NCBI RefSeq assembly: GCF_902713615.1
Contig: NC_052146.1
Location: forward strand, 181,924,143-181,988,142
Direction: 5' to 3'
Origin: Scyliorhinus canicula
Lineage: Eukaryota
Length of the DNA stretch: 64,000 nt
Positions 62,174 to 64,000 of the stretch are shown piece after piece (the stretch's first letter is position 1; each line of letters begins with the position of its first letter). The notes under the pieces are model-generated. The model saw only the letters and a program-made list of their open reading frames with translations, was not told the origin of the DNA and searched no databases. A program made the translations under genes and the position numbers.

Positions 62174-62903
62174 GTTGCTGAAAAGGAGTCACAAGGTAGG
62201 GGGCAACCTTCTCCCTCACCTGTAACGGCAAGCTGCAACCCCCTCCATGCTGGAGGCTTGAGAGCCTACCCACCGTCCATAATTGGACAGTGAGTGTGCC
62301 CGCTGGCCACGAATTGGCAAGTTCAAGGAAAATCGCTGCTTGGTAATTGCTTCTGGCGTGGTGTGAGGTTAGGACCTACTCTCCCCGACCCCAATGTCCG
62401 GGTGCCAACCCAAAATCCTTCCTTTGAGTTAAAATCTCATCAGGGCAGGTACTTAAATTCAGATAATTAAATAAATCAGGGGCAAACAAAATACTCTTCA
62501 TAATGGTGACAATGAAGCTATAGGACTATAAATCCATTTGGTTTACTAAAAGGGAAAGACGTCTGCTATCTTTATCCCCAGTCTACTATATAGAGTCCAG
62601 GCACACACATATTGTTGACTTTTGACTGCCCTCTAGCAAGCCACTTGGTTGTCAAGGAGATGGTTTGTCATCACCTTCTGAAGGGCAATGAGGGGTGGAC
62701 AATAAATGTTGATGTGCTCACATCCTGAGAATTAATAAGAAAAATCAGTAGGGTTATTAATAATAACTCGGATGTAAATAACTAAATTACTGATAATCAT
62801 TGGGGTTGTAAATCACGGGTTGTCACAATTTTTGGTTTCATTGTTCATAGTTTAATTATTTGAGTTTCAGGATTGATTTGTGAGACTCTAATGTTGTCAA
62901 TAG

Positions 62904-63209
<306 letters not shown>

Positions 63210-63567
63210 TGACTCTACCGTTGTGAATGTTTGAGGGGTAAGCTCAGTAATCTAACCAAGGGAATATACTTGCCTCCAGACGCAAAGGACACTACTTCTT
63301 CAATCAAGCTCTGTGAGCCCCTCACTTAGATCTCACTAGGCTCTTGCAGATCCCCAATTTTTGTCACACCAGCATTGATGGCTGTGCCCTAAAATCTGGA
63401 ATTTTCTCATTAATCTCTCTGTCACTCCTCTTTTAAGACCTCCCTTAGAAACTACCTATTTGACCCAACTTTTTTTGATCTTTGGTTCTGATATCTCCTT
63501 CTTTGACTTGGTGTCAGATTTTATCTGACTATGCTTTTGTGATGTGTCTTCAAATATTTGACCATAT

Positions 63568-63800
63568 GGGCAGCACGGTGGCGCAGTGGGTTAGCCCTGC
63601 TGCCTCACGGCGCCGAGGTCCCAGGTTTGATCCCGGCCCTGGGTCACTGTCCGTGTGGAGTTTGCACATTCTCCCCGTGTCTGTGTGGGTTTCGCCCCCA
63701 CAACCTAAAGATGTACAGGTTAGGTGGATTAGCCACGCTAAATTGCTCCTTAATTGGAAAAAATAATTGGGTACTCTAAATTTTTAAAAAAAATTTAAAA
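63568..63800 (+). mobile_element. Poly(A) V-SINE with 16-bp TSD
   Basis: AAATATTTGA(C/T)CATAT at 63552-63567 and 63801-63816. Confidence 0.9.
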
Positions 63801-64000
63801 AAATATTTGATCATATTAAACATAGAACAGTACAGCAGAGAAGTAGGCTATACGCCCATAAATCCTGCACCGACTCTCAAAGAGTAATTCAGTTAATCCC
63901 ACTCCTCAATTGTTTCTCTATTTCTCTGCATTTCTTTTCGTTTTTGAGCATTTATCCAATTTTCTTATGCAGGCATTTATCCAATTTTCTTTTGCAGGCA

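Overview
Vertebrate genomic DNA, most likely from an elasmobranch (shark, probably a catshark), judged from HE1/V-type SINEs, Deu-domain SINEs, CR1, L1, Rex1/Babar and Neptune-type Penelope elements. Three host genes were reconstructed from splice sites and frame continuity; protein identities come from recalled human sequences, not a database search. (1) The first four coding exons of a C6orf118-like gene (minus strand, 25352->13331, continuing out of the left end). (2) A complete 9-coding-exon POLR3F/RPC6 (minus strand, 54799->38541; 945 nt, 314 aa). (3) The first coding exon of DZANK1 (plus strand, 63060-63168), head-to-head with POLR3F across a CpG island at about 61700-61930. Most of the rest is nested transposon sequence. 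Most interesting signals: a modular SINE system in which SINE heads carry interchangeable 3' tails matching three LINE clades present in the window (CR1, Rex1/Babar, and L1 with poly(A) and 13-16 bp TSDs); a CR1 carrying a SINE in its own 3' UTR; TSD-bounded inverted Penelope insertions with minimal hammerhead ribozyme motifs, including a ~210 bp double-hammerhead hairpin in POLR3F intron 1; a candidate multi-exon, uORF-rich POLR3F leader; and a C6orf118-POLR3F-DZANK1 gene order different from human.
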